Of a DNA stretch of 64,000 nt, positions 34,098 to 43,401 are shown piece after piece. Source of the stretch: an uncultured delta proteobacterium (lineage in GTDB: Bacteria > Desulfobacterota > Desulfobacteria > Desulfobacterales > CAVQMW01); assembly GCA_963713755.1 (NCBI GenBank), contig CAVQMW010000002.1, positions 15,637 to 79,636 on the forward strand, in the 5' to 3' direction. The notes below the pieces were generated by a model. The model saw only the letters and a list, made by a program, of their open reading frames with translations, was not told the origin of the DNA and did not search any database. Within the stretch, counting starts at the first letter, position 1, and each line of letters starts with the position of its first letter. The position numbers and the translations under genes were made by a program.

Positions 34098-35435
34098 ATG
34101 CTGAATTTTGCTTTAAGTCCCGAACTGAAAGAAATTCGCCAAAAGGCCCGTGAGTTTGCCCGAAAAGAGCTGCTGCCGGTGGCCTGGGTCTACGACCAGA
34201 AGGATGAACTGCCCCGGGAAATTCTCTACAAGGCCTACGAGGCTGGGCTGATCAACGGCGAAATTCCGCCGGAATTCGGGGGTGAAGGGCGGGGGGTTTT
34301 GGCCGCGGTGATGGTCACGGAAGAGCTGGCCGCGGTGTGCCCCGGCCTGGCCACCAGTATCTTGGGCAACGGTCTGGGTATGGAGCCGCTGATCATGAGC
34401 AAGAATCAAACGGCCAGGGAAAAATACCTCTCCACCATCACCCGGGATCGCAAATTTTTCGCCTTTGCCACCTCCGAGCCCACCATGGGTTCCGATGTCT
34501 CCAGCCTGCGCTGTTTGGCTCAGCCGGACGGCGACGACTACATTTTGAACGGCACCAAATACTGGATCACCAACGGCGGGATCGCCGACTACGTCACCGT
34601 ATTCGCCACCGTGGACCCCAAGGCCGCCCACCCGGGGATCTGCGCCTTTGTGGTGGAGACTGCCTGGGAGGGCGTTACGGTCGGCCGGTCGATTCCCAAG
34701 CACGGCCAGCGCACATCCAATACCGCGGCGGTCAACCTGAAAAATGTGCGCGTGCCCAAGGAGAACATGATCGCCGCACCCGGAGAGGGCTTTATGCTGG
34801 CCATGCGCACCTTTGCCCGCACCCGGCCCTCCATTGGCGCCTTTGCCGTGGGCGCGGCCCGCACGGCTATGGAATTTGCCATGGACTACGCCAAAAAACG
34901 CAAGGCCTTCGGTAGCAAGATCGCCAATTTTCAAGCCATCCAGTTTAAAATCGCCGACATGTACCAGAAGGTGGAAACCTCGCGTCTGCTGATCTGGAAG
35001 GCCGCCTGGGAGGCGGACCAGGGGCTGGACCCCAATATCAGCGCTTCCATCGCCAAGCTCTATGCCACCGAGGCGGCCTTTGAGGCGGTGGATCAGGCCC
35101 TGCAGATCATGGCCGGCTACGGCTACACGCGCTTTTTCCCGGTGGAAAAACTGTTGCGCGACACCCGGCTGTTCCGGATCTACGAGGGTACCAGCGAGGT
35201 CCAGCGCGTCATCCTGGCAGGCCACGCCATGAACAATTACACGCCCGTGATGCCCCCCATAGAAGACCTGCCCATCCCCTATGCCGGGGATTTTCCGGAT
35301 CGGGATGAAGGGGACGGTAGTGAGGTGTGGCGCTGCCGTATGTGCGGCTATGTCCATTTCGGCGACGAGCCCCCGGAGGTGTGCCCCTACTGCTTCTATC
35401 CTTCCAGTGCATTCAAGAAGATTGTACAGCAGTAA
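34098..35435 (+). CDS. acyl-CoA dehydrogenase with C-terminal rubredoxin-like Cys4 domain
   Basis: ACAD blocks are present (FATSEPTMGSDV, YWITNGG, IYEGTSEVQR). The last 45 aa or so read WRCRMCGYVHFGDEPPEVCPYCFYPSSAF, a CxxC..CxxC knuckle pair like the rubredoxin or rubrerythrin C-terminal domain. Confidence 0.85.
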   Translation: MLNFALSPELKEIRQKAREFARKELLPVAWVYDQKDELPREILYKAYEAGLINGEIPPEFGGEGRGVLAAVMVTEELAAVCPGLATSILGNGLGMEPLIMSKNQTAREKYLSTITRDRKFFAFATSEPTMGSDVSSLRCLAQPDGDDYILNGTKYWITNGGIADYVTVFATVDPKAAHPGICAFVVETAWEGVTVGRSIPKHGQRTSNTAAVNLKNVRVPKENMIAAPGEGFMLAMRTFARTRPSIGAFAVGAARTAMEFAMDYAKKRKAFGSKIANFQAIQFKIADMYQKVETSRLLIWKAAWEADQGLDPNISASIAKLYATEAAFEAVDQALQIMAGYGYTRFFPVEKLLRDTRLFRIYEGTSEVQRVILAGHAMNNYTPVMPPIEDLPIPYAGDFPDRDEGDGSEVWRCRMCGYVHFGDEPPEVCPYCFYPSSAFKKIVQQ

Positions 35436-35489
35436 ATTGAACCTCTTGCGGGTTGCGCCACCCACAGCTGACCCTGAAAGCGATCGGCC

Positions 35490-36203
35490 ATGAGCAGGGT
35501 GACGGAAGAGATTATTCTCAGATTGCGCGCTTTAGGGAGTGAGGAGATTGCGGCCCATTCCCAGCGCTTTTTCAAAACCGGCAAGGGAGAGTATGCTGAG
35601 GGGGACCTGTTTCTCGGCATTCGGGTGCCGGTGGTGCGCAAATGTATAAGAGAATTTCAGGACATCTCCCTGGAAGACACCCTCATATTGCTCAGATCCC
35701 AGTATCACGAAGCCCGGCTGCTGGCCCTGCTCCTGCTGGTCGCCAGGTATGGCAATGCCCAAACTCCGGCAGATCAAAGAAAAGTCTATCGCGCCTACCT
35801 GGACCACACTGCCTATATCAACAACTGGGATCTGGTGGACTGTTCGGCGCCCCACATTGCCGGTGCCTATCTGTTCTCCAGGAAGCGGGCGCCCCTCTAT
35901 AAGCTGGCCGGGTCCCATAGCCTCTGGGAGCGGCGGATTGCCGTGCTCTCAACCTTCTATTTTATCCGAAAATCTGACTACGCCGACACCCTGGCTATTT
36001 CCAAATTGCTGCTCCTGGACTCCGAAGACCTGATTCACAAGGCGGTAGGCTGGATGCTGCGGGAAGTGGGTAAGCGAAACCGGCAGGCCGAGGAGGATTT
36101 TTTACTTCAGCACTACAGAGCCATGCCCCGCACCATGCTGCGCTACGCCATCGAGAGGTTCCCGGAAGCCGATCGCCAGGGCTACCTGAAAGGTACCAAG
36201 TGA
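35490..36203 (+). CDS. DNA alkylation repair protein (AlkD/HEAT-like repeat family)
   Basis: Reads RFFKTGKGEYAEGDLFLGIRVPVVRK, NNWDLVD, WERRIAVL and AVGWMLRE, which are the PF08713-type blocks. Confidence 0.8.
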   Translation: MSRVTEEIILRLRALGSEEIAAHSQRFFKTGKGEYAEGDLFLGIRVPVVRKCIREFQDISLEDTLILLRSQYHEARLLALLLLVARYGNAQTPADQRKVYRAYLDHTAYINNWDLVDCSAPHIAGAYLFSRKRAPLYKLAGSHSLWERRIAVLSTFYFIRKSDYADTLAISKLLLLDSEDLIHKAVGWMLREVGKRNRQAEEDFLLQHYRAMPRTMLRYAIERFPEADRQGYLKGTK

Positions 36204-36301
36204 CGTGAGTATTTAAAATAGTACCTTGTTCATGCTATTGGGCGATCGATAGAAGCCCTTTCACCCATAATTACTATGAGTTAAGAAAGGATTTTCTGAA
36301 T

Positions 36302-36763
36302 ATGTTGAAATCGATTCTCACTCTGATTCTTTCCATGATCTCAATGGTGCTGGTGGTTAACTCAAAAGCGATAGCAGGCCCATACACAGATGATCTATCA
36401 AAGTGCATTATAAGTTCTACGACCGCAACGGACCGAGAAGATTTAATAAAATGGATGTTCTCTGCGATCTCCCTGCATCCAGTTGTTGAAGGGATGAGTT
36501 CCGTTTCGCAAGCACAAATGGACAATGCATCAAAATCAGTTGCAAAGATGTTTGAGCGGCTTATGGCCGAAGATTGCTTAAAACCAACCAAAGAAGCGAT
36601 TCAATACGAAGGCCCAAGCGCAATTGGGTCAAGTTTCAATTTTCTCGGTCAAGTTGCAGCGAAAGAAATTTTCCAACATAAAAATGTTGCAACGGCCATT
36701 TCCGACCTTGAACAGCATTTTGACGTAGAAAAGTTTAAAGAGAAAATTAAAAAAGTCGAATAG
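36302..36763 (+). CDS. secreted hypothetical protein (AT-rich gene)
   Basis: 153 aa with a signal peptide (LILSMISMVLVVNSKAIAG). No motif is recognised, and its composition is lower in GC than the flanks. Confidence 0.5.
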   Translation: MLKSILTLILSMISMVLVVNSKAIAGPYTDDLSKCIISSTTATDREDLIKWMFSAISLHPVVEGMSSVSQAQMDNASKSVAKMFERLMAEDCLKPTKEAIQYEGPSAIGSSFNFLGQVAAKEIFQHKNVATAISDLEQHFDVEKFKEKIKKVE

Positions 36764-36958
36764 AAGTAAAAGGCTAAATATACTGTTCCAGGCGCGGTGG
36801 CTGGAAGTTCAGCGTGGTTCAGCGCTAGATTTAAGAGAAGTTATCTCTATAGAAGGGTGAGAATTGCCGCTATTTCCCCTTTACCCGGGGGCACACGCTG
36901 TGGCACCATGCAATCGGTTTTTATCCACGTACACCTTTAAAGGTTTGAGGAGGGCGGT

Positions 36959-37912
36959 ATGAAGGGAACTCGGGCAATCGGCGTTTTATTGGGGATTTTG
37001 GCGGGGGTTCTTCTCTCGGGTCCGGTGGCGGCCTATGATCTGCCGGCGGTCAATCTGGGATTCACCAGCTTCATGGATGGCGCTCCGCCGGCTGGGCCGG
37101 GATTTTATTTCACCGAATACATTCAGTACTACACCGCCGACAAACTCAATGACGCCGATGGCGACGCCCTGCCCCTTCCCGAACCAGAGCTGGATCTGTG
37201 GGTCAGTTTATCCCAGTTGATCTACCTGTCCGATCAGCCCCTGCTGCTGGGCGGCAAGTGGGGCCTGGATGTGATCGTGCCCTGGGTCAGCCTCGATATC
37301 GGCTACGGCGCCGACGGCCCTTTCCCGGCGGACAACGGCAGCGGCATCGGCGATATTCTGGTGGGGCCTTTTCTCCAGTGGGACCCCATCATCCGCAACG
37401 GGCGCCCGGTGTTCATGCATCGCCTGGAACTGCAGATGCTGTTTCCCACAGGTAAGTACGATGAAGATAAGGAGTTGAATCCAGGGAGTAACTATTTCTC
37501 TTTCAATCCCTATTGGGCCGGCACCCTGTTTATCACCCCCCGGTTGACCTTCAGTGCACGGCTTCACTATCTGTGGAACGCCGAGAACGATGACCCCAAC
37601 CGGGCCTATGCCGGGGCCGATGACACCCAGGCCGGACAGGCCTTCCATGCCAATTTCGCCTCTTCTTACGAAGTGATTCCCAAAGCCCTGCGTATCGGAA
37701 TCAACGGGTACTACCTCAAACAATTGACCGAAACGGAAGTTGACGGTGAAGATCTGCCCGACAGCAAAGAAGCGCTCTTTGGCATCGGGCCCGGGGCACT
37801 GCTCAGCCTGAGCCGGGACAACCACATCTTTTTCAACGCCTATTGGGAGACCATGGCCGAAAACCGAACCGAAGGCAGCCGCTTCACCTTGCGCTGGGTT
37901 CACCATTTCTAG
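36959..37912 (+). CDS. outer-membrane transporter, MetA-pathway-of-phenol-degradation/SphA-like beta-barrel
   Basis: Has a signal peptide, then YDLPAVNLGFTSFMDGAPP.GPGFYF.EY, alternating beta-strand patterns, and a C-terminal ..RFTLRWVHHF aromatic terminus. Confidence 0.6.
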   Translation: MKGTRAIGVLLGILAGVLLSGPVAAYDLPAVNLGFTSFMDGAPPAGPGFYFTEYIQYYTADKLNDADGDALPLPEPELDLWVSLSQLIYLSDQPLLLGGKWGLDVIVPWVSLDIGYGADGPFPADNGSGIGDILVGPFLQWDPIIRNGRPVFMHRLELQMLFPTGKYDEDKELNPGSNYFSFNPYWAGTLFITPRLTFSARLHYLWNAENDDPNRAYAGADDTQAGQAFHANFASSYEVIPKALRIGINGYYLKQLTETEVDGEDLPDSKEALFGIGPGALLSLSRDNHIFFNAYWETMAENRTEGSRFTLRWVHHF

Positions 37913-37954
37913 GGCAAATTCATCCGTGGCGGGCTGCTTGGTGCGCGGGGCGCC

Positions 37955-38404
37955 TTACCCCACCGGATCGATCAAGGGACGCACATCGGTGACCTTGAAG
38001 CGGATGGCAGCCTGAATCGCCTCGGCGGCGTCATTGCCGGCCAGTTTGCGGATTTTTTCGCGGAACGAATCGAGCAGTTCACCATAGCGCTCAAAGGAGT
38101 CCACTTCCAGATAGACCCGAACCCCCTTCCACTCCTGGGGTTGGTCCCCCGGTTCCACCACCAGGAAGGTGGCCTTGGGATTTTCCTGCAGGTTGCGATA
38201 GGAGCGGTTTTCGCCGATGGCCATCACCACGGTGTCTTCGCCGATCATCCGCGGTGAGCCGAACACCGCGGCGTTGACCGTACCGTTTTTATCCGCGGTG
38301 GCCAGGGAGCCGATTCGGGTTTCCTTGTTGAACATCTTCATAACCTCTTTTCTGTCCATGGGTGCTCCTTTCTGTCTGGTTTTTCTCGTTTTCTGCGTGC
38401 TCAA
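37955..38404 (-). CDS. pyridoxamine 5'-phosphate oxidase-family (FMN-binding split barrel) protein
   Basis: The pattern RIGSLATADKNGTVNAAVFGSP..VMAIGENRSYRNLQENPKATFLV is present. The true start may be the internal ATG at 38359 (MDRKEV..). Confidence 0.7.
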   Translation of the reverse strand: MSTQKTRKTRQKGAPMDRKEVMKMFNKETRIGSLATADKNGTVNAAVFGSPRMIGEDTVVMAIGENRSYRNLQENPKATFLVVEPGDQPQEWKGVRVYLEVDSFERYGELLDSFREKIRKLAGNDAAEAIQAAIRFKVTDVRPLIDPVG

Positions 38405-38413
38405 TCCATATGC

Positions 38414-38848
38414 CTAATCGTCGGAAGGCATCTCCAGGGGCGCCACCTTCCATTTTTTGCGCAGCCAGTTGATAGCCTGCATGATGCTCTTCTGTCTCAC
38501 CAGTTTGCGCAAAACTTTCGGTTTGCCCGGAAAGGTGACCAAGGAGAGTCCTATAAATATGGTCAGCAAACCCTGGCCAGGCAACACCAGCATGGCCACT
38601 CCGGCACCAATCAATACCATGCCCAGGACGTTTTTGAACACTTGCAGGGGCCACCACCAGATGCCGTAGCTTTCGGGGTCGACCCCTTGGGCCGCACTCA
38701 GGTAATCCCTGGGCAGGCGCACCACCAGCAGGGGAACGGCAATCAGTGTGCCGCAGAATGTGAACAGCGAGAGCAGGCCCAGCCATCGCAGCAGAATCTG
38801 GTGGGTATTCAACAAAACGCTGACTTCGCTCCATTGGACCATGGGCAT
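38414..38848 (-). CDS. PGPGW-domain (PF09656-like) small membrane protein
   Basis: Has three or four TM helices and the LVLPGQGLLTIFIGLSLVTFPGK motif. Confidence 0.55.
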   Translation of the reverse strand: MPMVQWSEVSVLLNTHQILLRWLGLLSLFTFCGTLIAVPLLVVRLPRDYLSAAQGVDPESYGIWWWPLQVFKNVLGMVLIGAGVAMLVLPGQGLLTIFIGLSLVTFPGKPKVLRKLVRQKSIMQAINWLRKKWKVAPLEMPSDD

Positions 38849-39129
38849 GGAGGGGTTCCTGTGTCGGCGACCGTTGGCCGGCTGAAACGGCAGGTGAAAA
38901 CCGGGGCGCTCAATGAATCAGATTCATCCCTGTTTTCGCCAGTTGCCGCTGCAGCCATCGGGCATGTTCGCATTTAATAGAAAATCATAAGCAAAGAAAC
39001 GCTAATGTAAATTATTCGTCAAGCAGATTTTACTTGCGCCGCGGGTTTCTCTAAGGTTTAGGGGTGGCCGGTGGCCAATTTCAGGCTTGTAAATTTCAAC
39101 CTCCGGTGTTAAGAGGGGCCACCAAAAAC

Positions 39130-39223
39130 GGAGAGATGTCCGAGCTGGCTGAAGGAGCACGACTGGAAATCGTGTGTGCTGTCACAAGCGGCACCGAGGG
39201 TTCGAATCCCTCTCTCTCCGCCA
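39130..39223 (+). tRNA. tRNA-Ser (anticodon GGA), class II with long variable arm, CCA encoded
   Basis: Acceptor stem GGAGAGA/TCTCTCC. Anticodon stem CACGA/TCGTG with loop CTGGAAA. T-arm GAGGG-TTCGAAT-CCCTC. Discriminator G plus CCA. Confidence 0.9.
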
Positions 39224-39282
39224 CTCATCCGCCCGCGCTTTGCCCTTCTTTACTTCCCCCATCGGATAACGTATATTCTAAA

Positions 39283-39323
39283 TTTTCAATTTCATGGTTT
39301 TCAATTTCGGGGTTTTCAGTTTC
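39283..39323 (+). repeat. three direct repeats, 15-bp period (TTTTCARTTTC core)
   Basis: TTTTCAATTTC lies at 39283 and 39298, and TTTTCAGTTTC at 39313. They sit between tRNA-Ser and dnaX. Confidence 0.7.
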
Positions 39324-39422
39324 AAGTAAGGGTTTCATCGTTGCGGAAAGTTCCCACGGGGTGGCCCGTTATCCAATTTTGCGTTGTGTTTGACAAGCTT
39401 TGAGACGGTGAAGTGTTGATCC

Positions 39423-41147
39423 ATGGCCTACCTGGTTTTAGCGCGTAAATATCGTCCCCAGACCTTCGAGGAGGTGGTGCGCCAGGAGCATGTAACCCGC
39501 ACCCTGACCAATGCCATCGCCGCGGAGCGCGTGGCCCACGCCATTTTATTTTCCGGCCCCCGGGGGACGGGCAAAACCACCATCGCGCGCATTCTGGCCA
39601 AGGCCATGAATTGCCGGCAGGGGCCCACGGCCACGCCCTGCAACCAATGCCCCAGTTGCCGGGAGATCACCGCCGGCGGCGCGGCGGATGTCTACGAAAT
39701 CGACGGCGCCTCCAACAACAGCGTCGATCAGGTGCGGGAGCTGCGGGAAAATTTGCGCTACATGCCCGCCCGCAGCCGCTTCAAGATCTACATCATCGAC
39801 GAAGTGCACATGCTGAGCATTGCCGCATTCAACGCCCTGCTCAAAACATTGGAAGAGCCGCCGGCTCATGTGCTCTTTTTTTTCGCCACCACCGAGCCTC
39901 ACAAGATTCCGGTCACCATTCTTTCCCGCTGTCAGCGCCACGATCTCAAACGGGTCGAGTTGGAGGCTTTGACCGCTCACATGCAGTCGCTGTGCGAACG
40001 GGAAGGGCTGGATATCGATGACCCGAGCCTGATCCTGCTGGCCCGGGAGGCCGATGGCAGCGTTCGGGATTCTCTCAGTTTGCTGGATCAGATCATGGGC
40101 GCCGCCGAGGGCAAGGTGCGGGTGCCCCAGGTGCTGGAGTTGTTGGGAATTGTGGACCGCAGCCGGCTTTTTGCCCTCTCCGAGGCGCTCCTGGCGCGCA
40201 ACAGCGCCCAGGTCCTGACCCTGGTGGATGAGGTCTACCGGGCCGGTCAGGATCTGAAAAAACTGTACGACGACCTGCTGGAGCAGTTTCGCAACCTGAT
40301 TCTGGCCAAGGGCGGCGCCGGAAGCCTGAAACTGGTCGATCTGCCGGCCCACGAAATCGAGCAGCTCAAGGCCCAGGCCGAGAATGTGTCCGAGGTTCAT
40401 CTGGTACAGCTCTTCGAGCAGCTGTTTCAGCACGAAGAGAGCTTGCGCTTTGCCGCCCAGCCCAAGCTGGCCCTGGAGTGCATCTTCCTGAAACTGCTTC
40501 AGATTCCTCCGGCACTGCCGGTTGATACTCTGATCGCCGGGCTGGATAAGCTCAAAGAGACCTGGCTGACCGCGGCTCCCGGCCTACAGACCGAAGGACA
40601 TGCAGCCCCGGCGCCGGCCGAAGCGGTGCCCCCGGAAATAGCGGCGCCGGCCCCCGAACCCGGTCAATCCCCGCCCTCTGAACCCAGTCAATCACCACCC
40701 CTCAAATCCGAGATTCCCGCTTCTGAAGGGTCGGTAGCGTCGGCGCGGGGCGGAGTGGATGTCAGCCCCCAGGAGAGATGGCGCCGGGTCCAGACGGAGG
40801 TGGCCCAGTCCCACCCGGCCCTGGCGGCCAACCTGAAGCATTGCCGCTTAGGTTCGACGGATTCCCGGGAGGTGGTGATTGTGGCCGGGGGCAGCGAATT
40901 TTCGGTGAAACAGATTGAAAAAGAACGCAACCGCCAGATCCTTGAAGATGTGATCCGTAATCAATTCGGCGCCCAGGCCGCCCTGCGGATCGACGCCCGC
41001 CCGGAAAATCACCGCGCTGATCTGGAGGTGCGGCGGGAGCGCCTGGATAAATTACGCCAAGAAGCCCTGTCCAACCCGCTGGTGGCGGATGTGGTGGAGA
41101 TCTTTAACGGTCAGATTATCGATATCAAGTTACCCAAGGAGAGCTAA
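39423..41147 (+). CDS. dnaX: DNA polymerase III subunits gamma/tau
   Basis: Reads GPRGTGKTT, the zinc module CNQCPSCREI, and YIIDEVHMLS and SRCQRH blocks. Confidence 0.95.
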   Translation: MAYLVLARKYRPQTFEEVVRQEHVTRTLTNAIAAERVAHAILFSGPRGTGKTTIARILAKAMNCRQGPTATPCNQCPSCREITAGGAADVYEIDGASNNSVDQVRELRENLRYMPARSRFKIYIIDEVHMLSIAAFNALLKTLEEPPAHVLFFFATTEPHKIPVTILSRCQRHDLKRVELEALTAHMQSLCEREGLDIDDPSLILLAREADGSVRDSLSLLDQIMGAAEGKVRVPQVLELLGIVDRSRLFALSEALLARNSAQVLTLVDEVYRAGQDLKKLYDDLLEQFRNLILAKGGAGSLKLVDLPAHEIEQLKAQAENVSEVHLVQLFEQLFQHEESLRFAAQPKLALECIFLKLLQIPPALPVDTLIAGLDKLKETWLTAAPGLQTEGHAAPAPAEAVPPEIAAPAPEPGQSPPSEPSQSPPLKSEIPASEGSVASARGGVDVSPQERWRRVQTEVAQSHPALAANLKHCRLGSTDSREVVIVAGGSEFSVKQIEKERNRQILEDVIRNQFGAQAALRIDARPENHRADLEVRRERLDKLRQEALSNPLVADVVEIFNGQIIDIKLPKES

Positions 41148-41150
41148 AGA

Positions 41151-41462
41151 ATGAAAAATATGGGACAGATGATGAAACAGGCCCAGAAACTTCAGTCCAA
41201 GATGTTGAAAATGCAGGAAGAGCTGGGCAGCCGCACCGTGGAAACCTCCTCCGGGGGGGGGATGGTGCAGGTGGTGGCCAACGGCCGCCAGGAACTGGTC
41301 TCCATTTCCATCGAGCCCGATGTGGTGGACCCTGAAGACATCGAAATGCTGCAGGATCTGGTTCTGGCGGCGGTCAATGACGCCTTGCGCAAATCCCAGG
41401 AGATGGTCCAGTCCGAGATGGGCAAGCTCACCGGGGGGATGAATATTCCCGGCCTGATGTAA
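41151..41462 (+). CDS. ybaB: YbaB/EbfC nucleoid-associated protein
   Basis: 103 aa. It reads [27 protein letters not shown] and sits in the conserved position between dnaX and recR. Confidence 0.9.
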   Translation: MKNMGQMMKQAQKLQSKMLKMQEELGSRTVETSSGGGMVQVVANGRQELVSISIEPDVVDPEDIEMLQDLVLAAVNDALRKSQEMVQSEMGKLTGGMNIPGLM

Positions 41463-41620
41463 TGGATGGAATGGGTGCGACCGCCGGTGGCGCTTAACCT
41501 TTCACAAACCTGGTATCACCTTTCAAACGCTCATCCGCGGCGCCGCTTCTCGCCCTTGGGGTAAATTTTCGATGCCTGGGTCGATGATCACGTTCCGTGG
41601 GGGATGGGTAGTCAATTTAT

Positions 41621-42220
41621 ATGAATCAATATCCGGTTTCCGTTGTCAATTTGATCCAACACCTTGCCAAACTGCCGGGGATCGGCACCAAGACCGCCGA
41701 GCGGCTGGCCCTGCACTTGCTGCGCACCTCCAAGGACGAAGTGGCCCAGCTTGCTCGTAGCATGATTCAGGTCAAAGAGAAGGTTCAGCTTTGCTCCCGC
41801 TGTTATGGCATGAGTGATGATGACCTGTGTCGGATTTGCCGGAATCCGAACCGGGACCAGGGAGTTTTGTGTGTGGTGGAGCACCCCACGGACATGGCGG
41901 CCATTGAGAAATCGGGCGCATTTAAGGGGCTCTACCATATCCTCCAGGGCGCCTTGGCCCCCATGGACGGGATCGGTCCCGAGGATATCCGAATCGGAGA
42001 ACTAATGGCGCGGATTGCCAGCGATGATATCTGCGAGATCATCATCGCCACCGGCACCAGTGTGGAAGGGGAATCCACGGCGGCCTATCTGAGTGAGCGG
42101 CTTAAAAGTCACCCCTTGAAGGTGAGCCGCATCGCCTCGGGGGTGCCGGTGGGTGGGGATCTCAAGTATATCGATCAGATCACCCTGAAACGGGCCATGG
42201 AGTGCCGGCATGAGTTCTGA
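41621..42220 (+). CDS. recR: recombination protein RecR
   Basis: Has the HhH motif LPGIGTKTAERLALHLL, the Cys4 finger CSRCYGMSDDDLCRIC, and a Toprim block. Confidence 0.95.
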   Translation: MNQYPVSVVNLIQHLAKLPGIGTKTAERLALHLLRTSKDEVAQLARSMIQVKEKVQLCSRCYGMSDDDLCRICRNPNRDQGVLCVVEHPTDMAAIEKSGAFKGLYHILQGALAPMDGIGPEDIRIGELMARIASDDICEIIIATGTSVEGESTAAYLSERLKSHPLKVSRIASGVPVGGDLKYIDQITLKRAMECRHEF

Positions 42221-42653
42221 CCTGAAACGCAGCGGGCCCGCCCCTGATGATATCTTCCGGTGCCGCCAGTGCGGGGAGTGCTGCCGGGGGTTCGGCGGCA
42301 CGCTGGTCAATGCTGAAGAGCGCCGGGCGATTGCCGCGTTTTTGGGCATCTCGGCGGCCCGTTTTGAGGCCGACTACTGTGTGCCCTCGGGGCGGAAATG
42401 GGTGATTGCCCAGGGTGAAGATGGTTTTTGCCGCTTGTTCCGCGACAAGCTTTGCGGCATCCATCCCGTGAAACCGCGCCTGTGCCGCAGCTGGCCATTT
42501 ATTCCCGCGGTTCTGGTGGATCCGGCCAATTGGCGGGCCATGGCCGCCCAATGCCCCGGGATGGTGACCGACCTGCCCGATGATGTTCTGCGGGGGGTTG
42601 TAGCCCGGGCCATGGCCCAATGCCGGCAGAAATCTTCCCAATCAAAGCAATAG
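42210..42653 (+). CDS. YkgJ-family cysteine-cluster protein (UPF0153)
   Basis: Reads FRCRQCGECCRG ... C..F....C.I.PVKPRLCRSWPF. It overlaps the recR stop by 11 nt. Confidence 0.7.
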   Translation: MSSDLKRSGPAPDDIFRCRQCGECCRGFGGTLVNAEERRAIAAFLGISAARFEADYCVPSGRKWVIAQGEDGFCRLFRDKLCGIHPVKPRLCRSWPFIPAVLVDPANWRAMAAQCPGMVTDLPDDVLRGVVARAMAQCRQKSSQSKQ

Positions 42654-42739
42654 GTGAGAAAATCGCTCCAGCCCCGGACACAGCCCACCCCTGAACCTTT
42701 CCATATTTTCCTTAAATCTCAGAATTCCATCGGATTCCA

Positions 42740-43015
42740 TTATTTCGGCAGCTGCCAGCGATGGGGATCAATGAGCTGGTAGCCGGCATGATTCTCGCTG
42801 TCGGAAACGACCTTTTTGATCACATTGGCGGCCGCCAGCTCCGACAGAGATTCCTGCAATTGGGCGTCGGAGCTGTTCCAGACCTCCGACAGGGCGCTGG
42901 TGGTGATGGCACGGCCTTCGTCGGTCAGGGCGCAGCAGAGCAGGTAGGCGGAGATGGCCTCCTTGGAAAGCGTGCTCTGGAAGATCATCTGGTTCATGGT
43001 GGGGGGTTGGCTCAC
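42740..43015 (-). CDS. hypothetical protein (91 aa)
   Basis: An ORF with reasonable composition and no recognised motif. Confidence 0.35.
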   Translation of the reverse strand: MSQPPTMNQMIFQSTLSKEAISAYLLCCALTDEGRAITTSALSEVWNSSDAQLQESLSELAAANVIKKVVSDSENHAGYQLIDPHRWQLPK

Positions 43016-43190
43016 GAAACCCTCCTTTCTTATTTGGGTTGGCTTATTCTCGCAATGCGATCGAAAAACTCAAGATTATTTTCCGGCTGGGTTGCGGACA
43101 CATGCTGACCTAAGAATTGATGGTCGTCCACCAGGCAACAAATTTTTGTGGGCGCGAGGCAGAGATCTTTCATGCCATCAATATGAAAAA

Positions 43191-43310
43191 TCCCCCTATC
43201 TCCCTTTGAAAAGGGGGGGAACCAGCCCTGTCTCCGGGGAACTCTCCGCTGACCGCCTTTGGAAAAGCCGCCGGGGGATGACTTCTCTCCCCTTTGGAAA
43301 AGGGGGGCCG
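43191..43310. repeat. cluster of GC-rich palindromic motifs (CCTTTGRAAAAG core flanked by G/C runs)
   Basis: Cores lie at about 43203, 43256 and 43291. The first and third read TCCCTTTGAAAAGGGGGGG and TCCCCTTTGGAAAAGGGGGG. The region is non-coding. The mirror translation gives the PPF.KGE / PPFQRE type pseudo-peptide typical of such repeats. Confidence 0.45.
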
Positions 43311-43401
43311 GGGGGGATTTTGTATCCTGAAATCCCGCTGAGCGGGATGCTTGGACGCTAACAATGTGAAGTCATTTTTCAGCGAGCCCTTAGTTGACTA
43401 C

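Noticed and set aside
34113-35465. 450-aa minus-strand ORF opposite the acyl-CoA dehydrogenase
   Set aside because: It is antisense to a gene with complete ACAD motifs, and its composition is low-complexity G/H/R/P. The ORFs at 23671..24555, 25430..26353, 31509..32426, 53889..55007, 59642..60382, 60830..61633 and 61630..62403 are rejected for the same reason.
39224-39422. SRP (4.5S) RNA, which is often found just upstream of dnaX
   Set aside because: I looked on both strands here and in 38850-39129 for the conserved domain IV sequence (..GGAAGCAGCC.. with a GNRA loop). It is not present.
40254-40265. dnaX programmed frameshift site (CTG AAA AAA CTG)
   Set aside because: The A6 run is not in the X_XXY_YYZ phase of the E. 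coli A_AAA_AAG heptamer. It lies near codon 279 rather than near the gamma/tau boundary, and I saw no adjacent stable stem-loop. There is no evidence for recoding.
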